Shown: positions 39,360-50,409 of the stretch, piece after piece
Position numbering within the stretch: the stretch's first letter is position 1
How the letters are laid out: each line of letters begins with the position of its first letter
NCBI GenBank assembly: GCA_048886685.1
Contig: JBHLKM010000002.1
Span: 135,532 to 199,531, forward strand
DNA length: 64,000 nt
Reading direction: 5' to 3'
Origin: Candidatus Hodarchaeota archaeon
GTDB taxonomy: Archaea; Asgardarchaeota; Lokiarchaeia; Sigyniarchaeales; SOKP01
Made by a program: the position numbers and the translations under genes
Notes under the pieces: model-generated
What the model was told of the DNA's origin: nothing
Seen by the model: only the letters and a program-made list of their open reading frames with translations
Databases searched by the model: none

Positions 39360-40022
39360 TTATTTACTTGGATATTTTACAATTAAGCTTCTTAGGAAAT
39401 CACTAATCTCTTCAGCTCTTACAATCATATCAAAAATCTTTATACATATTTTCGATGTCAGATATACTCGAAGGGATTTTTCCTCTGGTTTTTGATATAA
39501 TAAATCCAAAATTTTATATTTAGTTTCACGACCACTTCTTTTTAACGTCTCAATGTGGAAACTCTTCTGATAAGTCGTTTTAAAATCAATTTCCATAAGA
39601 GTTACCATCTCTACTAATGTTTCAATTGTCTCTTGATATATATCGTTGATTTTTTTCATCTCAGTTTTAATATCATCAAATAGTTTAAAGGGATATACCT
39701 TTAAACCCCTTGCTAGTTCTTCTGAATTATCTGACACAATATCCAAATATTTGATTAATCGATAACGATCCTCAACTAAAAAAGGTAAAGCTCGCTTATC
39801 TTTATATAATATATTGATATAATTTTCTTTAGCAAGGTCTGCATTTTGCTCGCATTGAATTACCTCATCTAATTTATCATTATCTAGCTTACCATTAACA
39901 AGTTCATTAATACAATCATGCAGTAATTGTGAACCTTTTAAAACTTCCGAATGAAATTCATTTGCAGCGTTTAATAATTGACTTCTCTTATCACTTTTTA
40001 GTTTTAACTTCATTTCATTCAC
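39360..40022 (-). CDS. DUF47 / PhoU-like phosphate transport regulator
   Basis: CEQNAD...PFLVEDRYRL...RAEEISD; upstream of pit in the same direction. Confidence 0.85.
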   Translation of the reverse strand: MNEMKLKLKSDKRSQLLNAANEFHSEVLKGSQLLHDCINELVNGKLDNDKLDEVIQCEQNADLAKENYINILYKDKRALPFLVEDRYRLIKYLDIVSDNSEELARGLKVYPFKLFDDIKTEMKKINDIYQETIETLVEMVTLMEIDFKTTYQKSFHIETLKRSGRETKYKILDLLYQKPEEKSLRVYLTSKICIKIFDMIVRAEEISDFLRSLIVKYPSK

Positions 40023-40194
40023 TTTAAGAATTACTTAATTTTTGATCTAATTGGGTATAATGTCATATTTATTATTTATTTCTTAAAAAAAATTGTATTT
40101 TTACTTTGGTAATAAGGATTTTCTGGAATAAAATAGAAAAAAATATTATATAATTACAATTCTACAACTCTAAATAGGAAATATAAAACGTCTA

Positions 40195-40755
40195 TTGCCA
40201 TTTCTGGAAATAAAATTAGAGGATATAAAATTTGATCCTAAAGTTCAGACCTATTGTATAAGCCCTAATTTCAAATGTCCTAGTTATGGACATTCATGGG
40301 CTTGTCCTCCTGAAGCTCCATATTTAGAAGAAGTAGTCTCAAAATTTAATGATTTTTATTTAATCTATTACGAAATTGATGTGAATGAAAGCATCAAAAA
40401 GAATAAAGCAGATAATCCTGAATTGGATGAAAATGAGATAAAGAATAGGCTTTTAATGGGAAATTTCTTAAGGAATAAATTAGAGAAGGAAATTAATAAA
40501 TTTCTCGAAAATTATCGTAATGAATTTAAACAAAAGCTTATTTTATGGGATGGATTTTGCCGAATCTGTTTTAACGAGGTTGATAATGGATGTACTTATG
40601 ATGATGGTGATCCTTGTCGGTATCCTGATAAAAAACGATATTCTATGGAAGCTGTTGGTATAGATGTTACTAATACTGTTAAAAATCTAAATCTCAATAT
40701 AGAATGGCCACCAACTAATTATGTTTATCGTTTTGGCTTAGTTTGCTTTAAATAA
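40195..40755 (+). CDS. DUF2284 metal-binding protein
   Basis: CPSYGHSWACPP, CRIC...CRYP..RYSMEAVGIDV. Confidence 0.85.
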   Translation: MPFLEIKLEDIKFDPKVQTYCISPNFKCPSYGHSWACPPEAPYLEEVVSKFNDFYLIYYEIDVNESIKKNKADNPELDENEIKNRLLMGNFLRNKLEKEINKFLENYRNEFKQKLILWDGFCRICFNEVDNGCTYDDGDPCRYPDKKRYSMEAVGIDVTNTVKNLNLNIEWPPTNYVYRFGLVCFK

Positions 40756-40854
40756 TAAAAATTCTCCAATTACTATTCAATATATATTGCTAATAAAAAC
40801 TGGACTCCAATTTTTTTTTAATAGTATAAATATTATTTTTATTTAAGAATAACT

Positions 40855-41364
40855 ATGAATATTGATTGGAGTATGTTTCAAACTGGTTGGGATTATTTAT
40901 GGGAAGATCCCGTTGGATGGTTTTTAGAATTACCCTTGCTTAGCCAGATTTTTGTTATCATTGGAATTATTGTACTCACTATACTTGCTGTTGTTTTAGT
41001 TTATTATATTTTGAAAGGGGTAGCATACTTATTATATTACTTGTTTAAAGGATTATATTACCTTTTTAAGGGTATTTTCCTTGGCCTTTATAAATTATTT
41101 CAGGCATTATACTATGCTATTTCAGGAAAACCTAAGAAAAAAGAAGAAATGATACCACAAAGTCCCGGAACTCCAACAATTTCTCCTCAACAAGTAAATA
41201 ATTTAATCGAAAGAAATGAGATAAGAATTCCTAGCTATTGTACTGAATGTGGACAAAAAATTACAGAATCAATGGAATCCCTTCTAACCTCAAGAGGTAT
41301 AGCCTTCTGTTTTTATTGCGGCAAGCAATTTGAATTGAAAGTTGCTGAAAATCCTAGGTATTAG
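40855..41364 (+). CDS. Membrane-anchored zinc-ribbon protein
   Basis: Hydrophobic/amphipathic KGxYYLF repeats, C-terminal YCTECG...FCFYCG. Confidence 0.65.
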   Translation: MNIDWSMFQTGWDYLWEDPVGWFLELPLLSQIFVIIGIIVLTILAVVLVYYILKGVAYLLYYLFKGLYYLFKGIFLGLYKLFQALYYAISGKPKKKEEMIPQSPGTPTISPQQVNNLIERNEIRIPSYCTECGQKITESMESLLTSRGIAFCFYCGKQFELKVAENPRY

Positions 41365-41407
41365 AACTTATCTTATTTAAAAAAATAAAAAAAAAAAGAA
41401 TCATTAC

Positions 41408-42739
<1,332 letters not shown>

Positions 42740-42957
42740 AAGTTTTTTCCACTGAAATTTTTTTTAAAATTGTATCACTTAGTCTAATCCAAAAAAGAGT
42801 ATTATAAACAGTTTAAAAAAGTTTTGGTATAGAGAAATAGATATGTAATGATTTTTATATTTGAATTTTCTTTAGAGACATAACCTTATTTTAATAAGCT
42901 ATTAATAATGAATGAATCCCCCTTTAGAGAGATTATTTCTTTAAAGACTCCAAAAAT

Positions 42958-43890
42958 ATGTTGAAAAAAACCATTTTATTTGATGTTGCTCATAATGAAA
43001 TGTTAAATATCGATGATAAAGAATTCTCTGAATTCTCAAGTCTATTAAGGAGATTAGACATAAATGTTAATAAGAACGAAAGTGAACATCTTACAAAAGA
43101 TATTTTAAGAGATGTTGATCTTTTAGTTATTGGAAATCCTATCGATGATTATTTTTCAACCCCAGAAGTTAAAATTATTGTAGATTTTGTCAGATCTGGA
43201 GGTGGATTGCTATTATTAAGCGAATATGGAGCAGACTACCTTCAAAAAACCAATATAAATGATATCTCTGGAAAGTTTGGAATTAAATTTGAAAAAAATC
43301 TTATTAAAGAAGTAAATAAGGCTAATCAAAATTTTACTAGTATTTTGCACATCCAAGATTTTTTAAAACATCAATTAACAAAACACATTAGGGAGATTAA
43401 AATAGGAGGAGCATGTTCCCTCTTCTTAAGTAAAGATGCAAAACCTCTCTTACAATCTAATGAAGAGGCTTGGCCAGAAATTTTTAATAGCGCTGCTGAA
43501 CAATGGGTAAAAGAGGGTGAAGAAGAAAAGCAAATAATTGCAGCTTACTCAGAATTTGGGCAAGGGAAAGTTGTAGCGATTGGAGACATCGATCTTTTTA
43601 CTTCTGATTCAAACATAGGTTCAAATTCTTTAGACAACCAAAGATTTATAGAAAATATAATTAATTGGCTAATCGAACCAGTTAAGGAATCTAAAGTCAT
43701 GACATTTATATTGAATCAACTCGGAGATCTCCACTTTGAAATTAGAGAGACGAATAAAATTATAAATAATATTATAGAAACAATGACAATATTAGAAAAA
43801 CGAATAAGTTATTTAGAAGAACAATCTCAAAAATATTCTCAAATTTTTAAACTCAAAAAAAGTAGTGAAGAAGAATCGCTCCAAGAATAA
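42958..43890 (+). CDS. GIFT (GldG/IFT52-like, DUF4350) domain protein with C-terminal coiled coil
   Basis: ILFDVAHNE, DLLVIGNP, FVRSGGGLLLL, GQGKVVAIGDIDLF, DNQRFIENIINWL. Confidence 0.75.
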   Translation: MLKKTILFDVAHNEMLNIDDKEFSEFSSLLRRLDINVNKNESEHLTKDILRDVDLLVIGNPIDDYFSTPEVKIIVDFVRSGGGLLLLSEYGADYLQKTNINDISGKFGIKFEKNLIKEVNKANQNFTSILHIQDFLKHQLTKHIREIKIGGACSLFLSKDAKPLLQSNEEAWPEIFNSAAEQWVKEGEEEKQIIAAYSEFGQGKVVAIGDIDLFTSDSNIGSNSLDNQRFIENIINWLIEPVKESKVMTFILNQLGDLHFEIRETNKIINNIIETMTILEKRISYLEEQSQKYSQIFKLKKSSEEESLQE

Positions 43891-43963
43891 TAGTTTATTT
43901 ATTATTAATGAATCCTCCTCTGAGTTATGCTTTATAATAATTAAATAAGATTGAAAATTGAAG

Positions 43964-44347
43964 TCATAATTTATAATAAATTGTTGCTGGGCAACAAATA
44001 CACCTTTTTGAGCTTGAACATGTCCCACAATCATCTCCACAGGGACTTACTTTTTTTGGTTTTATCGGAACTCTCAAATATAATTTATCAGGATATTGAA
44101 TAAAATCAAAGAATAGAACTTGAGCTTTTTCCAACCCAAATGTGTCTTGAGGCTTTTTTTCGATAAACTTAATCCACCATTTTTGTTGTAAGGGTAAATA
44201 ATATATAGCATAAAGTTTTTTTCCTTTTGTACTCATAAAATAAACGTAAGGGCAATTTTTATAACTTTCTGCAATTTGAATAACTTTATCTTCAGTTTCA
44301 GCTTCACCAATTAATAAAGCGAATACAAATTTAACTTTCATACCCAA
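43964..44347 (-). CDS. Hypothetical protein with Cys-rich C-terminus
   Basis: CPYV; SPCGDDCGTCSSSKRCICCPAT. Confidence 0.6.
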   Translation of the reverse strand: MGMKVKFVFALLIGEAETEDKVIQIAESYKNCPYVYFMSTKGKKLYAIYYLPLQQKWWIKFIEKKPQDTFGLEKAQVLFFDFIQYPDKLYLRVPIKPKKVSPCGDDCGTCSSSKRCICCPATIYYKL

Positions 44348-44549
44348 TCACTCTTATTTTAAGCATTTTTAATGCTTGAATTATAATCAAAACACTACTA
44401 ATAGGATTTAATCGCTATTCAAAACTTCAAGCATTTTTTGAAATTAAACATAAACTTGTATTTGGATTATAATGAAAATAGAAAAAATTAAAATTTTACG
44501 GGTAATTCAGACTTTTTAAAAATGAACTTTGAATTAATAATTAATAATT

Positions 44550-45995
44550 ATGCCATTAAAAACACCCGAAGAGTATTTGGAAAGTATTAAACGACCTATA
44601 AATTTGTATATGTTTGGTGAAAAGGTGGAAGAGTTCTGGAAACACCCCATTATAAAACCTTCAATTAACACTGTAATGAAAATCTATGAATTGGCGCAAA
44701 TGGATGAATATAGAGATGTCATGACCGTAGAATCCCATTTAACGGGCGAAATTATAAATCGATTCACTCATATCCATCAATCTGTTGAGGATTTAATTAA
44801 TAAAGTAAAAATGCAACGACTCTTAGGCCAACATACAGCATGTTGTTTCCAGCGTTGTGTAGGATTTGATGCAGCGAATGCACTTTACAGTGTCACCTAT
44901 GAGATGGACAAAAAGAATGATACTAAATATCATGATCGATTTAAAAAGTACTGGATGAAAGTACAAAATCAAGATTTAATGGTTGATGGCGCAATGACAG
45001 ACACAAAAGGCGACCGTAGTAAAAGACCTAGTCAACAACCAGATCCAGATGCATATTTACATATTGTTGATGAAGATGATGAGGGAATTATAGTTCGTGG
45101 GGCTAAAGTTCATCAAACTGGCTTTCTAAATTCACATAAGGTTATAGTTATGCCAACATTAGCCTTACGACCCGGAGAAGAAGAGTATGCGGTTAGTTTT
45201 GGAATTGAAACTAACACAAAGGGTATAACTTTAGTGTATGGAAGACAAACATGTGATACTCGTAAAATGGAAGAAGGACCATTAGATATTGGGAACTATA
45301 AATATGGGGGACAAGAAATTTTTGTTATTTTTGAAGACGTATTTGTACCAAAAGATAATATTTTTATGAAAGGAGAGATCGAGTTTTCAGGAGAACTTGT
45401 CAACCGGTTTGCGGGATTCCACCGTCAATCATATGGAGGATGCAAAGTAGGGGTTGGAGATGTGCTTATCGGTGCCACTGCTTTAATAGCAGAATATAAT
45501 GGTACTGATAAAGCATCACATATTAGAGATAAACTTGTTGAGATGATACATTTAAATGAAACGCTTTATAGCTGTGGAATTGCATGTAGCTCCTTAGGAT
45601 TTCAAAGAAGCGCTGGAAATTATGAAATGGATATGTTGCTAGCTAATGTGTGTAAGCAGAACGTAACCAGATTCCCATATGAAATAGGCAGATTAGCAGA
45701 AGACATAGCTGGAGGAATTATTTGTACTTTACCCTCTGAAGCTGACTTTAAATCAGAAAAAATTGGGCCTTTATTAGAGAAATATCTTGTCACATGTGAA
45801 GGATTATGTGCTGAAGATCGTTATAAAGTTTTGAGATTCATCGAAAATTTAACGATGGGTGTCGCTTCTGTTAGTTACAAAACAGAAAGTATGCATGGGG
45901 CGGGAAGTCCTCAAGCTCAGAGGATAATGATTTCACGTCAAGCAGATTTGGGAGAAAAAAAGAAGCTTGTCAAGGAGATTTTAGATATTGAATAA
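44550..45995 (+). CDS. abfD: 4-hydroxybutyryl-CoA dehydratase / vinylacetyl-CoA isomerase
   Basis: CCFQRCVGFDA, GAMTDTKGDRS, HRQSYGGCKVG, ESMHGAGSPQAQR. Confidence 0.92.
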   Translation: MPLKTPEEYLESIKRPINLYMFGEKVEEFWKHPIIKPSINTVMKIYELAQMDEYRDVMTVESHLTGEIINRFTHIHQSVEDLINKVKMQRLLGQHTACCFQRCVGFDAANALYSVTYEMDKKNDTKYHDRFKKYWMKVQNQDLMVDGAMTDTKGDRSKRPSQQPDPDAYLHIVDEDDEGIIVRGAKVHQTGFLNSHKVIVMPTLALRPGEEEYAVSFGIETNTKGITLVYGRQTCDTRKMEEGPLDIGNYKYGGQEIFVIFEDVFVPKDNIFMKGEIEFSGELVNRFAGFHRQSYGGCKVGVGDVLIGATALIAEYNGTDKASHIRDKLVEMIHLNETLYSCGIACSSLGFQRSAGNYEMDMLLANVCKQNVTRFPYEIGRLAEDIAGGIICTLPSEADFKSEKIGPLLEKYLVTCEGLCAEDRYKVLRFIENLTMGVASVSYKTESMHGAGSPQAQRIMISRQADLGEKKKLVKEILDIE

Positions 45996-46126
45996 GAGAC
46001 CAAAAGAATGTAGAGTCTCTTTCAAATACACCTTCTAGTGGAAAACCATAATTATTTTAATTTTCAATAATTCTATTATAATAACACATAGGAAAAATAA
46101 AAAAAAATAAGAAAGAACAATTTACT

Positions 46127-46360
46127 ATGGCACGTTGTCCAGAATGTGGGGGTTTTATGAAGTACCAATCAGCAATTAAACAAATTGTTTGCCAATCATG
46201 TGGATTATCCTTAACACGACATGAACTTGATAGATATTGGAAAAAAGTAAGGAATGAAAATATTAGTGATGTAGATGATTCACAACGCAAAAAAGATCGG
46301 CGTAAAGAGTGGTTAGATTGGTATTCTTCCTCCAAAGAGTCAAAGGAAAAAGATTATTAA
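46127..46360 (+). CDS. Small zinc-ribbon protein
   Basis: MARCPECGG...VCQSCGLS; basic/Trp C-terminal helix. Confidence 0.7.
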   Translation: MARCPECGGFMKYQSAIKQIVCQSCGLSLTRHELDRYWKKVRNENISDVDDSQRKKDRRKEWLDWYSSSKESKEKDY

Positions 46361-46460
46361 TCATATAAATATAATTTACATTTTCCCAATGATAAGTGAA
46401 ATATATTAAGATTGAGAAATTTAGATAATTTTCTTATTTTTATCAAAAACTAATTTTCTA

Positions 46461-47654
46461 TTAACCTGCAAACTTCCTTTCAAAAATATCTTCTAATAAT
46501 TCAGCTAATTTTCTAGCAGGAATATCTAGTAAAGTTATTTCAAGATGCCTTCCACGAGTAGCATCTTCAATTCTTACAGTTTTAGAAGCGATAATTTTAA
46601 GTTGGTTAAGCTGACGAACATATTTTCTAAAGCTCATTTTTACATGAGGTTCTACTGAATAACCTTCACAGATAGCCTGATATTCTTCATATGCATCATC
46701 AACCAATGCAAATGGAGTGCCATTGTTTATTAGCGTTCTCACAATCCCGTATAATGCCAAGAGTTCTTGATCTTTTAAACTATCTATAATATCTGCCCTG
46801 AATGTAGGATATACATCATCAGAAGCTTCCCTGATAATATCAGCAGTAATTTGATCTAGACCTTCTTTATCACAATATAGACCACTTTTTCGAAGAATTT
46901 CAATCCCATGTCTCATATTTTGATTTTCAACTACAATCTGAGCGATCATTGTTAAGAGATCCTCATCTACTACATATTCTCTTAAAGCAATATCGCTTCT
47001 ATATGTCAATATTTGCATCGCCTCTTCGAAATTATAAGGTTCTAAAGGAATTTTCTCATTAAGTCGACTTAAAACTTTTTCATTTTCTATACGCATCCAT
47101 TCTGTACCTCTACAGATCAGCAAAATCGAGAGTTTCGCATTTTGATGACCAAATGTTTCAGCAATATTTAAGAAAGCTAAAACTTCATCTGGTTTCAACA
47201 GATGAACCTCATCAATAATTAATAACATATAGCCATTATCTCGAATTAATTTGGTAAGGATTAGTTTTAATGCTTCATCGTCGCTGTAGCCTCTCCCACT
47301 CCCATGGGTATATTTGGCAAGGAGCTCTCTGATAATCTTACTTTTGGAGCGGAAATTGATACAATCAAAATATTCAATAAAAAGTTTAACATCTCTTTCA
47401 ATAGCAATTGTTCTAAAATTTTTGCCAAAAAAGCGAGCGGTACAAGTTTTCCCAACACCTCCCTTACCCAATATTAGACAGTTAATTGATGGTTGCTCTT
47501 CTTCTTCTAGAATTCTTCGATAATTAACTATTAAAGTATTAAGAGCATCATCTCGACAATATAATTTTTCTGGAACCCAACTCTTATCAAGAGTATTCAG
47601 TTGTCTAAAAACAGATTTCTTCCCGAATTGTTTCCTAAATGCATCCTCGTCCAT
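46461..47654 (-). CDS. cdc6: Orc1/Cdc6 replication initiator family AAA+ ATPase
   Basis: WVPEKLYCRD, GKGGVGKT Walker A, LIIDEVH Walker B, LEPYN, C-terminal wHTH with RGR. Confidence 0.9.
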   Translation of the reverse strand: MDEDAFRKQFGKKSVFRQLNTLDKSWVPEKLYCRDDALNTLIVNYRRILEEEEQPSINCLILGKGGVGKTCTARFFGKNFRTIAIERDVKLFIEYFDCINFRSKSKIIRELLAKYTHGSGRGYSDDEALKLILTKLIRDNGYMLLIIDEVHLLKPDEVLAFLNIAETFGHQNAKLSILLICRGTEWMRIENEKVLSRLNEKIPLEPYNFEEAMQILTYRSDIALREYVVDEDLLTMIAQIVVENQNMRHGIEILRKSGLYCDKEGLDQITADIIREASDDVYPTFRADIIDSLKDQELLALYGIVRTLINNGTPFALVDDAYEEYQAICEGYSVEPHVKMSFRKYVRQLNQLKIIASKTVRIEDATRGRHLEITLLDIPARKLAELLEDIFERKFAG

Positions 47655-47788
47655 GTGAATCGTAATAGGTAATTATAACTAGTAATGTATAAGTAATAAT
47701 GGTACAAATTAAGTTTAAAGTTTGTTATACTTATGAACTTATTCTCTTTCTTTTATAAAATTGTCTTAAAAAAATTAATTATTATCTT

Positions 47789-48712
47789 CTAAAATTTCTC
47801 AGAATTATTCAGTGGATGCATCATACTATAAGATTGTTTTAACTTAGTAATATCGTTTTTGGCATAGATTCTCGTTGTATTTGGACTTGAATGACCTAAA
47901 ATGTCTTGTAACTCACTTATATCCATTCCTGAACGTCTAAGATGGGTAGCTCCGGTATGTCTAAACACATGAGGTGTAATAATTTTCGAATCTGGAAACC
48001 CACATCTTTCTTTTATATATTTGATATCAGCCTGAACGACTCGAGGGCTTAATTTCTGATTCCTTGTATTTACCAGCAAAAATTCTTCAGGATCATAGGA
48101 TATTCGGTTATCAAGAGATGCTTTAAAGATTTCTAGGGTTTTTTGGTCTACAGGAACTATTCTTTCCTTATTACCCTTACCACGTAGACGTATATATCCT
48201 TTTTCAAAATCTATATCTTTTATTCTGATGTTGCATAATTCACTTACTCGAGCCATAATAGAATACAGGAGCCTAACAATTAAGTAATAGCGTTGACTCT
48301 TTTTTGAATTGAATAACGTTCTATCTCTTAATCTTTTAAAGATAATATCAATATCGGAAACTTTAAGAAATTTAGGTAAGCTTTCTTCCAATTTTATCTT
48401 TGGAGATTTAATTGTACTCATAGGATTTTTATCTATAAATTCATTTAAAGTCAGGAATTTGAAATAAGATCGCAATGAAGCTATTTTCCGCCCTATTCCT
48501 TTTTTGGTGTATCCCAGATCCTTAATTTTTTTTAAAAATAACCTTATTTTCTGTCTTACTACAGAAGAATTCATATCGATATCTTCTACTAAATCCATAA
48601 ATTTTTCAAGATCATATTTATATGCTTTAATAGTAGATGATGCACATCCTTCTTCTACTTCTTTTGATACTAAAAAATCTTCAATAAAATCGGAGAACTT
48701 ACACTCTACCAT
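47789..48712 (-). CDS. xerA: XerA-like tyrosine recombinase
   Basis: SAM-like N-terminus (STIKAYKYDL, SLRSYFKFL), ARVSEL, GKGNKER, TPHVFRHT, ILGHSSPNTTRIY. Confidence 0.88.
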   Translation of the reverse strand: MVECKFSDFIEDFLVSKEVEEGCASSTIKAYKYDLEKFMDLVEDIDMNSSVVRQKIRLFLKKIKDLGYTKKGIGRKIASLRSYFKFLTLNEFIDKNPMSTIKSPKIKLEESLPKFLKVSDIDIIFKRLRDRTLFNSKKSQRYYLIVRLLYSIMARVSELCNIRIKDIDFEKGYIRLRGKGNKERIVPVDQKTLEIFKASLDNRISYDPEEFLLVNTRNQKLSPRVVQADIKYIKERCGFPDSKIITPHVFRHTGATHLRRSGMDISELQDILGHSSPNTTRIYAKNDITKLKQSYSMMHPLNNSEKF

Positions 48713-48811
48713 AATGAATACAGTATGATCGTGATATTACATAATATGCAGTAATATCCCGATAATATCGAAAAAACAGGTATTGAGGGAACTAAATTAC
48801 AAAAGACCTTT

Positions 48812-49756
48812 TTAATCCTTCTTTAACTGCCGTAAATATTTGTTTACATTAATTCCCGCACGTGCTCCCTCCGCTGTGGCAAAAACTACCTGAAAGTGTC
48901 CACCAGTACAATCACCTGCGGCATACACACCTTCAAGGTTTGTTTTTTGCTCTTCATCAACTATAATATTCCCCTTATCATCTAATTCAACACCTGCTTT
49001 CTTAAAAATTGAATTAGATGCTATATGTGATAGGATGAATAAGCAATTTAATTCAAATTCAACCAATTCTTCAGTATCTTCTGATTCAGGTTTTGTTGAC
49101 TTACAAATTATTTTTTGGATAATACCTTCTGAATTTGGTACAGCTTCGATTACTTCCAAATTTTCCAATACTTCAATCCCAGATTCTTTTACATCATAAA
49201 CTTTATCAGGTAATTCCTCTATTCCTACATTACTTATTATATGAACTTCGCACCCCATTTGCTGCAAGGTTAAAGCATCTTCTAACATTTCTTCATCATT
49301 GCCATACATATAGACTACTTTTTCCTTATATAATGGACCGTCACATAACGCGCAATATGAGACACCAAAGCCAAGTAAGGTCCCTTCTCCTTTTATAATT
49401 TCTTTACGTTGTCCTCGACCCGTAGCTATTATTACCACATCAGAAGTTATGTTGGCTGTCCGCGTAGATGTCATATTAACGCCCATTCCAAGCATAAGAG
49501 AGATAACATCACCTTTAACAATCCTAACGTTTTCAGAATAACTATTGACGTGTGCTTTAAACTTTGCTAGAAGTTCTTTACCGTTGATATCAATTTCCCC
49601 GGGCCAATTTTGAATTTCTTTAGTCTGAGCCAAAGCTGATAATTCTTTCCCATCAAGAATAATTACATCTCTATTCGCTCGAGCACAATAGACTCCAGCA
49701 GTCAAACCAGCTGGACCCGCTCCAATAATTAGGACTTCACATTTAAATTCATCCAT
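48812..49756 (-). CDS. trxB: Thioredoxin reductase family NAD(P)/FAD oxidoreductase
   Basis: IIGAGPAGLTA, GVSYCALCDG, TNLEGVYAAGDC; NADPH-binding GGG motif degenerate (YGND). Confidence 0.8.
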   Translation of the reverse strand: MDEFKCEVLIIGAGPAGLTAGVYCARANRDVIILDGKELSALAQTKEIQNWPGEIDINGKELLAKFKAHVNSYSENVRIVKGDVISLMLGMGVNMTSTRTANITSDVVIIATGRGQRKEIIKGEGTLLGFGVSYCALCDGPLYKEKVVYMYGNDEEMLEDALTLQQMGCEVHIISNVGIEELPDKVYDVKESGIEVLENLEVIEAVPNSEGIIQKIICKSTKPESEDTEELVEFELNCLFILSHIASNSIFKKAGVELDDKGNIIVDEEQKTNLEGVYAAGDCTGGHFQVVFATAEGARAGINVNKYLRQLKKD

Positions 49757-49931
49757 TAATCCGATCTCTTAGAATGATTTACTTCAATTTTTAAAAGAAT
49801 TGTTGAGTAATAACTTATAGTATTATCTATCTTTGATTATAATAAATATTAGGTCTAAATAAATTAAATATTATGATTATTGAATCTCTTTCTTAATATA
49901 TTTAATTTTATTTCCAAAATTAAAATAGTAG

Positions 49932-50372
49932 GTGGTAGAATTGGTTCCAGTTGATAGGAAAATTGAAATTAATGCATCTCAGAAGAGGATTTTTGATATT
50001 TTAGACGATGCAAAGCTAGGTCCCAAATGGAATCTAGCGGAAAATGAAATAACGGAAATTTCAGAAGGTAAATTTGCTGTTAAATCTACAGTTGGGGATT
50101 TTACATCTATTCGTACCGAAACTGTTGAACCCGCTAAAATCTCAATGAGGATTGAAGGTGGAGTTTTTAATTCAATGGATTATATCTTATACCCAAAAGG
50201 AGATATGGTCGAAGCAACAATATGGGGCGAATTTGATGATGAAAAGAACGAAAAAATCCTCGTGACAGCTGCTGAAATACTATTAAAAGGTTTAAAAAAT
50301 TTCGCAGAATTTCTTGAAGAAGGTGGAAATCCCGACGATTTTGATAAGAAGCAAATAACTGTAACTCCTTAA
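49932..50372 (+). CDS. SRPBCC/START-like protein
   Basis: RKIEINASQKRIFDIL...PKWN; C-terminal LKGLKNFAE helix. Confidence 0.7.
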   Translation: MVELVPVDRKIEINASQKRIFDILDDAKLGPKWNLAENEITEISEGKFAVKSTVGDFTSIRTETVEPAKISMRIEGGVFNSMDYILYPKGDMVEATIWGEFDDEKNEKILVTAAEILLKGLKNFAEFLEEGGNPDDFDKKQITVTP

Positions 50373-50409
50373 TTTTAAATCTTTTTTTTTTATTACTTAA
50401 TATCCATTC

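Noticed and set aside
43717-43723. Other CAA(A/C)TCG loop matches (here, and on the minus strand near 30157 and 55685)
   Set aside because: Flanks do not form the 9-bp stem or BHB; the scan was by eye, so stop-free in-frame introns elsewhere cannot be fully excluded
47789-48712. Integrated mobile element around the tyrosine recombinase
   Set aside because: Neighbours are housekeeping genes (cdc6, trxB); no tRNA target, att direct repeats or cargo seen
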